From contig JAZDMQ010000069.1 of assembly GCA_043800755.1 (NCBI GenBank), positions 1 through 29,553 of the forward strand: DNA of 29,553 nucleotides. The letters are read 5' to 3'. The translations under genes and the position numbers were made by a program. The notes below the pieces were generated by a model that saw only the letters and a program-made list of their open reading frames with translations, had not been told where the DNA came from and made no database searches. This document shows positions 16,248-25,724 of this stretch, one piece after another. How positions within the stretch are numbered: the stretch's first letter is position 1; each line of letters opens with the position of its first letter. This DNA comes from a bacterium (lineage in GTDB: Bacteria > Methylomirabilota > Methylomirabilia > CAVQYV01).

Positions 16248-17330
16248 TCACCGGTCCGCCAGCCTGACCAGGTCGTTGTAGTTGAAGCCTCCCCCTTCGG
16301 CGATCTGCACCACGGAATAGTGCTCTTCCACCCGGACGACGGTTCCCCTTCCAATCTGCTCCTCGGCGATCCCCAGGCTCTCCCCGGTGACCGGATCGGT
16401 AACCCCCGGCTCAGCCCGATAGACATCTACCTCTGACTTCAATCTGACGCCCACATCCCGACCCCCCACGATGAAGATCTTTCCGGAGTCGATCTTGGCC
16501 ACCCTCCCTTCCCAGGGCCTCTCCTTCATGACCAGGCAAACATCGAAGACGCACCGCTCGATGGCCCGGCGCAGGGTCTTGGTGGCCGTGGTCTCGTCGT
16601 AGATTACCCCTCCCCCCACCTTCTCCGGGCCGAAACGACAATGGACGGTGAGGCCCACATCCCCTCCCTCGGCCTTCTCCGCCCAGAGAAAGCGGCCGCT
16701 CTTCACCTCCACCGCGCGTAGGTCAATGACCGCCCGGGTGTCCATCTTCTTGGAATAGATCTCGTCCGGAGAGGTGGCGGCAGCGACCTTCAGGATATCG
16801 CTGACCTTCGTCTCCTCCTTCTTTTCCTTCTTTTTTTTCCGCTTCTTCTCCTTATCCTCCTGATCCTTAGCCTTTTCGATGCCCTCGGCGATTGCGGCCC
16901 CCAGGGCCAGGACCTCCTTCACCGGGACCTTAGTCTCGCTCTCCTTGAATCCGAACTCGCTGATCGTCCCCAAAATGATGAACTGGGCGCCCAGGACCTG
17001 GCCCACTCTGGCCCGGGTATTGGGATCCAGGGTCCCGGTCTGGCCCAGGGCCTGCTCCGCCAGCACCAGGTCCAACCTCTCCCGCTCCACCAGAAGGAAG
17101 CGGTCCGATCTCTTCAGGGCGGTGATGAGCATGTCGGAGGCCGCTCGACTCAGCTGTTCTCCTCCGTAATCCGTGGCATTTTCAAAGTCTAAGACCGCAA
17201 AGATCTTCCTGGTCCCGTGATAGGTGGGCAGGGAGTCCAGCAGGGAAGGCTTCTCAGGGGCGGCACATCCCCAGAGGGAAATCAGCGTGAGACCGGACAA
17301 GAAGACCAAGAGGCAATGGTTGAACCTCAT
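16248..17330 (-). CDS. CsgG/HfaB family lipoprotein with C-terminal FlgT-like beta domain
   Basis: ATG 17330 with RBS AGGAG; lipobox LWGC; AVLDFEN, RFLLVERERL...EQ, LGAQFIILGTISEF; C-terminal TDPVTGESLG. Confidence 0.8.
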   Translation of the reverse strand: MRFNHCLLVFLSGLTLISLWGCAAPEKPSLLDSLPTYHGTRKIFAVLDFENATDYGGEQLSRAASDMLITALKRSDRFLLVERERLDLVLAEQALGQTGTLDPNTRARVGQVLGAQFIILGTISEFGFKESETKVPVKEVLALGAAIAEGIEKAKDQEDKEKKRKKKKEKKEETKVSDILKVAAATSPDEIYSKKMDTRAVIDLRAVEVKSGRFLWAEKAEGGDVGLTVHCRFGPEKVGGGVIYDETTATKTLRRAIERCVFDVCLVMKERPWEGRVAKIDSGKIFIVGGRDVGVRLKSEVDVYRAEPGVTDPVTGESLGIAEEQIGRGTVVRVEEHYSVVQIAEGGGFNYNDLVRLADR

Positions 17331-17397
17331 GCTCCCGCTCCTGTCCACTGCGAAGTCGGTTCCATCCTCTCTCCCTTAGGATTCAAGCGAAGCGGCC

Positions 17398-18624
17398 TTA
17401 CCCCTCCAGGAGCCTCAGGGCGGCCAAACTGAGAAGGGCCACCCCCACGGGCAGGCAGTCTTCATCGAGGTCGAAGAGGCCATGGTGGGAGGGATGAACG
17501 ATCCCCTTGGCCTCGTTTCCCGCACCTAAGAAGAGGTAGCAGGAGGGCACCCTCTGGGCCAAATAGGCGAAGTCGTCTCCGGCCAGGCGCGGCAGATCCA
17601 GGCGGATGACCTGCTCCTTGGGCAGGATCTCCCGGGCGGCCTCCTCGGCCAAAGCGGTGATGTAATCCTCATTATGGAGCGGGGGCAGGTAAGGTTGATA
17701 ATCGAGGGAGGCCTCGGCACCCAGGCCCGCGGCAATGCCCTCGATGATCCTCCTCATCTTCTGGGGGAGCAACTCCCCCATGGCCGGATTGGAGGCGCGA
17801 ACCGACCCCTTCAGGCTGACCTCCTCCGCCAGGGTGTTGGGGGCCTGCCCTCCTTGAATGAGCCCCACGTTCAAATTGATGGGCTCACTGGGGTGGGCCT
17901 CCCGGCTGGCGAGCGATTGGAGGGCCAGGACGATGTGGGAGGCGGCCAGGATCGCATCCACCCCCAAGTCGGAGCGGGCGGTGTGGCTCTTCCTGCCCTT
18001 GACCCGGATCGAGAAGAGGTTGAGGCCGGTGAGGATGGCCCCGGAACGGATCCCGATCTGATTGACCGGCATCTCGGGCCAGAGGTGAATCCCTAACAGG
18101 GCATCCAGGGGAGGATCTTCCAGGGCGCCCTCCTCGATCATGGAGAGCGCCCCGGAGGGGCAGTCAGAATCGAGGGATTCCTCGGCAGGCTGAAACAGGA
18201 ATTTGACCGTCCCGGAGAATTCTCTCCGGAGAGAGGAGAGGATCCTGCCCGCCCCCAGTCCGATGGCGGTGTGGGCGTCGTGGCCACAGAGGTGGCCCAC
18301 CCCCGGATAGGCAGAGGCGTAATCGCAATCCTTCTGATCGGCAATGGGCAGGGCGTCCATATCCACCCGGATCCCAATCACCCTTCCCTTGCCTTTCCCC
18401 TCCAAAAGCCCTACCACCCCGGTCTTGGCCACCTGGGTCTTGACATCCATTCCCAATTCGGTCAAGCTTTGGGCCACGATTGTCGCAGTCCGCTCCTCCT
18501 GGTAGGCCAACTCCGGATGGCGATGGAGGTCCCGTCGAATCTTGATCAACGCCGCCTTCAGGCCTTGCGCCCGGGCCAGGATTTCCCTCGCCCATTCCTC
18601 TCCTTTGACTTGAGCCTCTCTCAT
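17398..18624 (-). CDS. M20 family amidohydrolase (Acy1/AbgB-like)
   Basis: HPEL, RVDMDALP, HLCGHDAH, FQPAEE, GDDF and HH. Confidence 0.92.
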   Translation of the reverse strand: MREAQVKGEEWAREILARAQGLKAALIKIRRDLHRHPELAYQEERTATIVAQSLTELGMDVKTQVAKTGVVGLLEGKGKGRVIGIRVDMDALPIADQKDCDYASAYPGVGHLCGHDAHTAIGLGAGRILSSLRREFSGTVKFLFQPAEESLDSDCPSGALSMIEEGALEDPPLDALLGIHLWPEMPVNQIGIRSGAILTGLNLFSIRVKGRKSHTARSDLGVDAILAASHIVLALQSLASREAHPSEPINLNVGLIQGGQAPNTLAEEVSLKGSVRASNPAMGELLPQKMRRIIEGIAAGLGAEASLDYQPYLPPLHNEDYITALAEEAAREILPKEQVIRLDLPRLAGDDFAYLAQRVPSCYLFLGAGNEAKGIVHPSHHGLFDLDEDCLPVGVALLSLAALRLLEG

Positions 18625-18818
18625 CCTTCCACTCCCTGGCGATCAGATCCTATTCCCTGGACTTCTCCTGTAACGTATTCTCGCCTTTTCTGATGCGCAT
18701 CTTGCCTCCAAAGCTTCCTTTTGTCAATTCCTATTGGTTTGTGTAACCTATCGTACGATTTCTGTATCGAAATTCTTGCTGCCTATTTCAAATTCACCTC
18801 CAATGCCGGGAGACTACA

Positions 18819-20538
18819 ATGAGCTGGCGGAGCCGCGGACTTCTCGGAAATCTCGAATGCACCCTGATGCGGTTCCTCTACCGCTCCCTTGGCTACAGCG
18901 AGGAGGCGATGCGCGGCCCCCTCATTGGCATCGCCAATGCCTGGAATTCGATCAACCCGGGCCACTACAACCTGAAGGAAGTGGCGGAGGCCGCCCAGCG
19001 CGGGATCCTTCAGGCGGGAGGAATGCCCCTGGAATTCGGCACCATCGGCCCCTGCGACGGAATCGCCAGGGCCATGTGGGTATGCGCTATTTTTGCCTGC
19101 CCGCGACCTGATCGCCTCCGAGGTCGAGCTCATGGTCCAGGCCCATCAGCTGGATGGCGTGCTGCTCATTGGCTCCTGCGACAAGATCGTACCCGGGATG
19201 CTGATGGCGGCGGCCCGATTGGGTCTCCCTGCCATTCTGATCAACGGGGGACCGATGATGCCAGGGACGGTGCAAGGCCGCCACTGCGACTGCACGACAG
19301 TGGAGGTGGCTTACGCCCACTGGCGAAAACGCAAGATCTCTCGCCGCCAATTCGAGGAGATCGAGGAGGCGGCCTGTCCCACCCTGGGTTCCCGCGCCCA
19401 CATCGGAACCGCCAACACCATGGGCTGTGTGGCCGAGGCGTTCGGCCTTTCGCTCCCCGGAACGGCCCTGATACCGGCCTATATGGCTGCCCGTTTTCGG
19501 TCAGCAGAGGAGGCTGGCAGAAGGATCGTGGCCATAGTGAGGGAGGGTCTAACCACCAAGGAGATCCTGACGGCTGAGGCCCTCGAAAATGCCATCCGTC
19601 TGAGCCTGGCCATTGGGGGATCCACCAATTCTCTGCTCCACATCCCGGCGATCGCCCAGGAGGCAGGAGTCCAGATCGAAATGGAGGACTTTCGCCGCCT
19701 CTCGGAGGAAACCCCCCAACTGGCTTCCATCATGCCCGCCTCCGCTCACGATGTGGTCGACTTCTACGAGGCAGGAGGCGTTCCCTCTGTGCTCAAAGAG
19801 CTGAGCCCCCTCCTCCACCTGAATGCCGTAACGGTCACCGGCCGGAGCTGGAAGGAGAACCTGAGGGGAGTGAAGGGGGCAGACGGAAAGGTAATACGGC
19901 CCCTCCAGAGGCCCTTCTCTTCTACCGGAGGCCTCTCCATCCTCTATGAAAACCTGGCCCCCCATTCGGGTGTGGCCAAGCCGGCGGCCATTCCCCCGCA
20001 TATGATGAGATTTCGCGGTCAGGCCCGCATCTTCGATTTAGAGGAGGAAGCCTGCAAAGCTTTGATAGGGGGGAAGATCGGGGGAGGGGAGGTACTGGTC
20101 CTGCGCTACGAGGGACCCAAGGGAGGACCGGGAATGCGGGAGATGTTCCGGGCCTCCCAGCTCATCCGGGGCCTGGGCCTGGAGGAGAAGGTAGCCCTCA
20201 TCACGGACGGGCGGGTATCCGGCTCCAATCGTGGGCTCTTTGTGGGCCACATCTCTCCCGAGGCTATGGAGGGCGGTCCCCTGGCCATTGTGGAGGAGGG
20301 CGACCTGATCTCGATCGATATCCGGGCAGGACGGATCGACCTGGAGGTGCTGCCGGACGAAATCGATCATCGGCTGAAGGCGTGGAGACCTCCGCGGCCC
20401 AAAGTCACAAAGGGATATCTCGCCCTCTATGCCAAGCTGGCTGAGTCCGCCGCCCGCGGGGCGGTCTTGCGGGGAATCACGAATCCCACGCGGAAAGGGA
20501 GTCCAGACGGCAAGGGGATAGGGACGAAGAGGAGTTGA
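18819..20538 (+). pseudogene. ilvD: Dihydroxy-acid dehydratase (IlvD/Edd family), disrupted by two 1-nt deletions
   Basis: The N-terminus (IGIAN, PGH, CDGIA) is in the 18819 frame, GHVGMRY is in a second frame (~19069-19090), and LPARDLIA...CDK...TANT...GGSTN...[13 protein letters not shown]...GHISPEA is in the 19093 frame. Confidence 0.8.
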
Positions 20539-20568
20539 ACTTTGAGGGAAGCGGCAGGAGAGGACCTA

Positions 20569-21402
20569 TCAGAACTCGGCGGGGAGGGAGAGGATCTGCT
20601 GGTAGGTGAAGACGGGTCCATCCTTGCAGACATAGATATTGCCGATGTTGCACCGCCCGCACTTTCCCAGCCCACACTTCATCTTCATCTCCAAGGTGGT
20701 GATCACCTGCTCCGGCAAAAAGCCGAGCTTGTCGGTTGCCTGCAGCACGAACTTGATCATGATGGGAGGGCCGCAGGTGATAAGTATTGCCTTTTCCGGC
20801 GAGGGGGAGATCTTTTCCAGGATGGCTGGCACAAAGCCGATATGTCCATCCCAGGTTTCATCCTCTCCACCTGGGTCCACGGTCCTAACCAATTTCACAT
20901 CGGAGCGGGACTCCCATTCTCTCAGCTCCGCCTTGTAGACCAGGTCCGCGATGCTCCTGGCCCCATAGAGGATCATGATCTCGGCAAAATCTCCCCGGGT
21001 GTCCAGGCAGTTCCAGATCAAAGATCGAAGCGGGGCCAGACCGATCCCCCCACCCACGAAGATGAGGTTTTTTCCCTTCATCTCCTCCAAAGGGAACCAG
21101 TTCCCATAAGGGCCTCGGAAGCCGAGGGTGTCCCCCACCTCTCGATCGTGAAGGGACTGGGTCACCTTGCCCACTCTCTTGAGGCTACACTCAATATACC
21201 CTTTGCGGGTGGGGGAGGAGGCAATGCAGAAGGTGGCCTCCCCCTCTCCGAATACCGAGAGCTGGCAGAATTGCCCCGCCTTGAAGGAGAAATTATGCGC
21301 CAGGGCCTCCTCTGAGAAGACCAGGCGGAAGGTCTTGATATCCGGGGTCTCCTCGATGATCTCCTCGGTCTTCACCAAATGTGGCTCATAAATGTGAGGC
21401 AT
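20569..21402 (-). CDS. flxA: FlxA-like FAD/NAD(P)-binding [2Fe-2S] subunit (AsrB/PyrK family)
   Basis: GQF, RGPYG, GGGIGLAP, CGPPIM, and CGLGKCGRC...CKDGPVF; last gene of the hdr-flx operon. Confidence 0.85.
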   Translation of the reverse strand: MPHIYEPHLVKTEEIIEETPDIKTFRLVFSEEALAHNFSFKAGQFCQLSVFGEGEATFCIASSPTRKGYIECSLKRVGKVTQSLHDREVGDTLGFRGPYGNWFPLEEMKGKNLIFVGGGIGLAPLRSLIWNCLDTRGDFAEIMILYGARSIADLVYKAELREWESRSDVKLVRTVDPGGEDETWDGHIGFVPAILEKISPSPEKAILITCGPPIMIKFVLQATDKLGFLPEQVITTLEMKMKCGLGKCGRCNIGNIYVCKDGPVFTYQQILSLPAEF

Positions 21403-21412
21403 GGTTCTCAGC

Positions 21413-22459
21413 TCAGCCCTTGGCGGACGCAGTTACCCTCTCCTTGATCTTGGCCAGAATCTCAGTAAGGTCAATGCCCACGGGGCAGACCTCAATACAA
21501 CGGCCACAGCCCACACAGGCGATGGGCCCAAAGCGGTCCACATAGTATTTGAATTTATGCATGATTCGTTGCCGGTAGCGACGGTCCTGGCTTCCTCGGG
21601 GCTGGTGGGCCGGCATCTGGGTAAAATGGCCAAAGGAGCAGGTATCCCAGATGCGGCGCCGGATTCCTCGCCAGAGGTTTCCCTCGTCCACGATATCGAA
21701 GCAGTGGCAGGTAGGGCACAGGTAATAGCAGGCTCCACATCCGATGCAGCGCCGGGAGATCTCCTCCCATAAGGGATCCTCAAAGTGCTCATCCAGCCAC
21801 TTCTTGATGCCTTCCATCTCCACCTGGCGCCTGATCTTTCCCCGGGCCTCCTTTTCCACCTCTGCTCGCCTCTTTTCATCATCCGGCCTAATCTCCTCCC
21901 AGAGATCCGAGAATTCTGCGAGCAATCGCTCGCCCTTCTCGCTGACGAACTCCGCGAATAGGCGCTTATCATCCAGGGGGGTCAGCGCGATATCACAGCC
22001 TTCCTTCCCCGTTGGGCTGTAGCCGAGGGAGGCGCAGAAGCAGGCCTCATCCGGCTCCTCACAGGCCAGGCAGATGACTAAGGTCTTCTCCCGCCGTGCC
22101 AGATAGAGCTCATCCTTCTCCTCCCAGGCGAAGACCTTATCGATAATGGGAAGGTAGGCGGCGTCGCAGGGCCTGACCCCATAAAGGACGGAGGGAATGG
22201 GATACTGGTCGAGGGGGTGGGTCTTTATCCCCTCTTTGCGGACCTCATAGGAGAGGAGAGGCTCATGGGGAGGAAGGAAAAACTCCTTGATGGAATGGGC
22301 AGAATTAGTATATTGCGGTGGAAGGTCCGAGGACGATTGGATCTCCCCGAAGAGGATGATGCCCTCGGATTCCCGGGGGCCATAGACCCGGAAGCCCTTC
22401 TCCCGCAGGCCCTGAATGAGTTTATCTCGGTTCTTAATGGAAAGGATCTTCTCTTTCAT
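21413..22459 (-). CDS. flxB: FlxB-like Fe-S subunit (AsrA family)
   Basis: GVRPCD, C...CFC, CIGCGAC...CPTCHCF, WDTC, HKF, and CVGCGRC...CP. Confidence 0.85.
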   Translation of the reverse strand: MKEKILSIKNRDKLIQGLREKGFRVYGPRESEGIILFGEIQSSSDLPPQYTNSAHSIKEFFLPPHEPLLSYEVRKEGIKTHPLDQYPIPSVLYGVRPCDAAYLPIIDKVFAWEEKDELYLARREKTLVICLACEEPDEACFCASLGYSPTGKEGCDIALTPLDDKRLFAEFVSEKGERLLAEFSDLWEEIRPDDEKRRAEVEKEARGKIRRQVEMEGIKKWLDEHFEDPLWEEISRRCIGCGACYYLCPTCHCFDIVDEGNLWRGIRRRIWDTCSFGHFTQMPAHQPRGSQDRRYRQRIMHKFKYYVDRFGPIACVGCGRCIEVCPVGIDLTEILAKIKERVTASAKG

Positions 22460-22462
22460 CTC

Positions 22463-23347
22463 TCAGCGAATGAAATCCTCATGATCTTTGGGATCAAAGG
22501 TGGCCAGCGCCGGCTCCATTTGGTAATTCATGCCGGCCACATACCCAAATTGCTCCTTGACTTCCCTGGCCATCTTCTGGTTCAGCAGCATGAGGGGAAT
22601 GTCCATGGGACAGGCCCTCTCGCACTCTCCGCAGCCGACGCACCTTCCGGTGAGATGAAAGGCTCGAATGATATTCCAAGCTAGGTTGCCACGAGCATGG
22701 GGGCTCTTCTCGATCCACTGGGGAATGGATTTCTCCGTGATGCACCGGTTGCAATAACAGAGGGGACAGGCCTGGCGGCAGGCATAGCACTTGATGCAGC
22801 GGGAGAGCTCCCCTTGCCAATACTCCCAACGCTCCTCCGGGGATCGGGATTCCAAATCCGCGATGACCTCATACGGGTCGGAAGAAGGCTCAGGCGAGTC
22901 TATCTTCTCTCCCACTAAGAAATCAAACTCCACCGGGGTATGGACCAGACAGACCTTGCATTTGGCCGACAGGGTCTCTTCATCAAGGTCTCCCTTTCCC
23001 TGATCCAGGGCCTTCTTGGAGAGGACGCCCCGACAGGCCAGTCCGATGATGTAGAGATCCTCCCTTCGGATCTGCTTCTCCTGGATGAGGACAAAGAGGG
23101 CCCGTGCATCGCAGCCCTTGGCAGTGATGGCCACTCGCCCCGGAACTTTCGTCTCCTTCCGCGTGAGGTAGACCGCCAGGTTGTTCACGCAAGCAGGGGT
23201 CCAGATGAGCTGAGAGGCCTCCTCCGGGGAGGTGATGAAGATGGGCCGGGCGCGGCTGCGCCTTGTACCCGCGCCATAACCGATGACCTGGGCCACCTCC
23301 TCCTTCTCCAACAACTCCTTCGCCTTATCCTGTAATTCCCTGCTCAT
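22463..23347 (-). CDS. flxC: FlxC-like Fe-S subunit
   Basis: KGCD, CIKCYACRQACPLCYC..C, and HLTGRCVGCGECERACP. Confidence 0.85.
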   Translation of the reverse strand: MSRELQDKAKELLEKEEVAQVIGYGAGTRRSRARPIFITSPEEASQLIWTPACVNNLAVYLTRKETKVPGRVAITAKGCDARALFVLIQEKQIRREDLYIIGLACRGVLSKKALDQGKGDLDEETLSAKCKVCLVHTPVEFDFLVGEKIDSPEPSSDPYEVIADLESRSPEERWEYWQGELSRCIKCYACRQACPLCYCNRCITEKSIPQWIEKSPHARGNLAWNIIRAFHLTGRCVGCGECERACPMDIPLMLLNQKMAREVKEQFGYVAGMNYQMEPALATFDPKDHEDFIR

Positions 23348-23368
23348 AGACTCGAAAAATCCTCAGCT

Positions 23369-23857
23369 CTATCCATCGCTGATCTTGCGGTATCCCTCAA
23401 ATGGACCCATTTCCCGAACCTGGCGGGTCACCTCATTCACCATCTTTGCCCACTTTGCCCCTTCCGCGGCCGAGACCCAAGAGAACTGAACTCGACGCAG
23501 ATCGATCCCCAGAAACTCCAGGAGCTTGCGAAAGGTGGCGAATCGCCGCCGGGCATGATAATTCCCGCTGGTATAATGGCAATCCCCCGGATGACAACCG
23601 GAGACCAGTACCCCATCCGAGCCCCGCTCGAACGCCTTCAGGATGAAAAGGGGATCGATTCTCCCTGTACAAGGGAGTTTGATGACACGAATCTGAGGAC
23701 TATGTTTCAAACGGCTGGTCCCAGCCAGGTCTGCCCCCGCATAGGTGCACCAGTTGCAGACGAAGGCGGTGATCTTTGGCTCCCAGCCATTGCCTCCCTC
23801 TTTACTCCCTGCCCCGCGGGTCAGACCCATCTCCGTCTCTCTTTCTTTGCTCTCCAT
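23369..23857 (-). CDS. flxD: MvhD/FlxD [2Fe-2S] adaptor subunit
   Basis: FVCNWCTYAGADLAG, PCTGR, GCHPGDCHY..GN, and WVSAAEG. Confidence 0.92.
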   Translation of the reverse strand: MESKERETEMGLTRGAGSKEGGNGWEPKITAFVCNWCTYAGADLAGTSRLKHSPQIRVIKLPCTGRIDPLFILKAFERGSDGVLVSGCHPGDCHYTSGNYHARRRFATFRKLLEFLGIDLRRVQFSWVSAAEGAKWAKMVNEVTRQVREMGPFEGYRKISDG

Positions 23858-23930
23858 ATATCCTCACCGAAGGAGTGCCCGCACCAGGCTCCTTCCGAAA
23901 TGATTTTACAAAAAAATATCCCTTAGCCCT

Positions 23931-25715
23931 CTAAAGGGCATTGATCTCCGCATACACCTGCTCGTCCAGAAACCCTTGGAGATCTATGGAGTTGGACCGG
24001 CAAATTGCCGCGCAGACCCCACATCCCTGACAGACGCCCTGATTCACGGAAGCAACGGTACGGACCAGGTTTCCCATCCGATCCCGGATTTCCTTAACCT
24101 CTATCGCCCCGTAGGGGCAAACCATCTGGCAATAGAAGCAGCCGACGCAGGATTCCTCATCCACCGTGGCCACGATCGGCTCGCGGCTCAATTCCTCGGC
24201 GGAGAATAGGCCCAGCACCTTGGAGGCGGCCGCACCGCCCTGGGCTACTGCCTCAGGGATATCCTTGGGCGCCTGGCAGGCTCCGGCCAGGAAGATCCCG
24301 GCGGTGTTAGTCTCCACTGGCCTCAGCTTGGGATGGGCCTCGGAAAGGAACTTATATTGGTCATAGGAGACGCCCAGCTTCTGCGCCAGTTTCTCGATCC
24401 CGGGCTGGGCGGTCATGGCGGTGGCCAGTACCACCAGATCGGCATCGATCTCTACCGAGGTCCCGGAAATCGTATCGGCTCCCCGCACCACCAATTTTCC
24501 GTTACGCTCAAAGATGCGGGAGACCCGGCCCCTCAGGTAGATGGCTCCATCCTCCTCCACCGCGCGGCGCACGAATTCCTCATAATTCTTCCCGCCCGAC
24601 CGGATATCGATGTAGAAGACATAGGCCTGACCGTCATGGACCTTATGTTTGTAAAGCATGGTGTGTTTGGCGACATACATGCAGCAGATCTTGGAGCAAT
24701 AGGAAATACCCTTGGAGAGGTCTCGCGATCCAACACACTGAATGAAGACCACGCTCTCCGGCACCTTCCCGTCGGAGGGTCTCTTCACTTCCCCCTCTGT
24801 GGGCCCTGAAGCGGAAAGGAGCCGCTCGAATTGCAGTCCACTGATCACATCTGGATACTTGCCGTAACCATATTCGCCGTAGCATTCGTCGGAAAGTAGC
24901 TCATAGCCGGTAGCAACTACTACGGCACCCACATCCTCCTCAATAATCTCGTCTTGTTGCGAATAGTCTATGGCATTAGCTGGACACACATCCTGGCAGA
25001 TCTTGCAGGTTCCCTTCTTGAAGTGCATACAGTTGTTTCTGTCGATTACTGGCTTGTTTGGAGCAGCCTGGGGGAATGGGATATAAATGCAGGGCCGGGA
25101 GACAAGACCCACCTCAAACTCCGATGTAATAGGCCTGGCAGCATGTCTTGAAATATCCTCCAACTTTATTGCCCCCGTTGGGCAGACAACCACACAAGAC
25201 CCGCAGGTGGTACACACTTCTGAATACTGATCAAATGGGGTGGCGATATCCCTCTTATCCCCCCTCCCCTTGATGCCTATAGCTGAAATGCCCAGACCGT
25301 CCTGACAGATCCTCGTACAGAGGCCGCAGAGGATACATCTGTTATCCTCTCCCTTCCTTCTTCCCCTGAATCGGGTCTCCCCAATTCCATACTTACCTGC
25401 CACCTCCCTTATCTCAGGGGAGGCTGGCGCCTCAGCCAGGAGCAGTTCTAAAATGAGCCTCCTCGCTCTCATCACCTTCTCAGAGGCGGTGTTTACAATC
25501 ATCCTCTCCCAGGCGGGGTAGGTACAGGCAGTATAAAGCTTCGACTTCTTGCCCCAGATGATTTCTACCAAGCACAATCTGCATGCGCCATACGGAGGCA
25601 GGGACTTGTGGTGACACAGAGTCGGTATGTCTATCCCGTGCTCTTTCGCTATCTCCAGGACGGTTCTGGATTCGTCCGCCTCGTACTCCTTACCATCCAT
25701 TATGAATGTACCCAC
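23931..25715 (-). CDS. Fusion: NuoG/HydA-like N-terminal Fe-S region + C-terminal half of heterodisulfide reductase HdrA
   Basis: GTG start with RBS GGAGGAG. N-terminal IPTLC...GACRLC...AC, CILCGLCTRIC and CTTCGSCVVVCP. Then HdrA motifs SEFEVGL..IYIPFPQA, VATG, QFERLLSASGPT, CVGSR, YCSKICCMY..K, GIFLAGACQAPKDI and a C-terminal 2x[4Fe-4S]. Confidence 0.92.
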   Translation of the reverse strand: MGTFIMDGKEYEADESRTVLEIAKEHGIDIPTLCHHKSLPPYGACRLCLVEIIWGKKSKLYTACTYPAWERMIVNTASEKVMRARRLILELLLAEAPASPEIREVAGKYGIGETRFRGRRKGEDNRCILCGLCTRICQDGLGISAIGIKGRGDKRDIATPFDQYSEVCTTCGSCVVVCPTGAIKLEDISRHAARPITSEFEVGLVSRPCIYIPFPQAAPNKPVIDRNNCMHFKKGTCKICQDVCPANAIDYSQQDEIIEEDVGAVVVATGYELLSDECYGEYGYGKYPDVISGLQFERLLSASGPTEGEVKRPSDGKVPESVVFIQCVGSRDLSKGISYCSKICCMYVAKHTMLYKHKVHDGQAYVFYIDIRSGGKNYEEFVRRAVEEDGAIYLRGRVSRIFERNGKLVVRGADTISGTSVEIDADLVVLATAMTAQPGIEKLAQKLGVSYDQYKFLSEAHPKLRPVETNTAGIFLAGACQAPKDIPEAVAQGGAAASKVLGLFSAEELSREPIVATVDEESCVGCFYCQMVCPYGAIEVKEIRDRMGNLVRTVASVNQGVCQGCGVCAAICRSNSIDLQGFLDEQVYAEINAL

Positions 25716-25724
25716 TTCTCCTCC

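Noticed and set aside
19060-19100. Programmed ribosomal frameshifting in ilvD
   Set aside because: It would need two consecutive shifts, there is no canonical slippery heptamer, and conserved residues are also mutated.
20569-22459. Anaerobic sulfite reductase asrAB or sulfhydrogenase subunits
   Set aside because: No asrC or NiFe large subunit; the position after hdrBA-mvhD matches flxBA.
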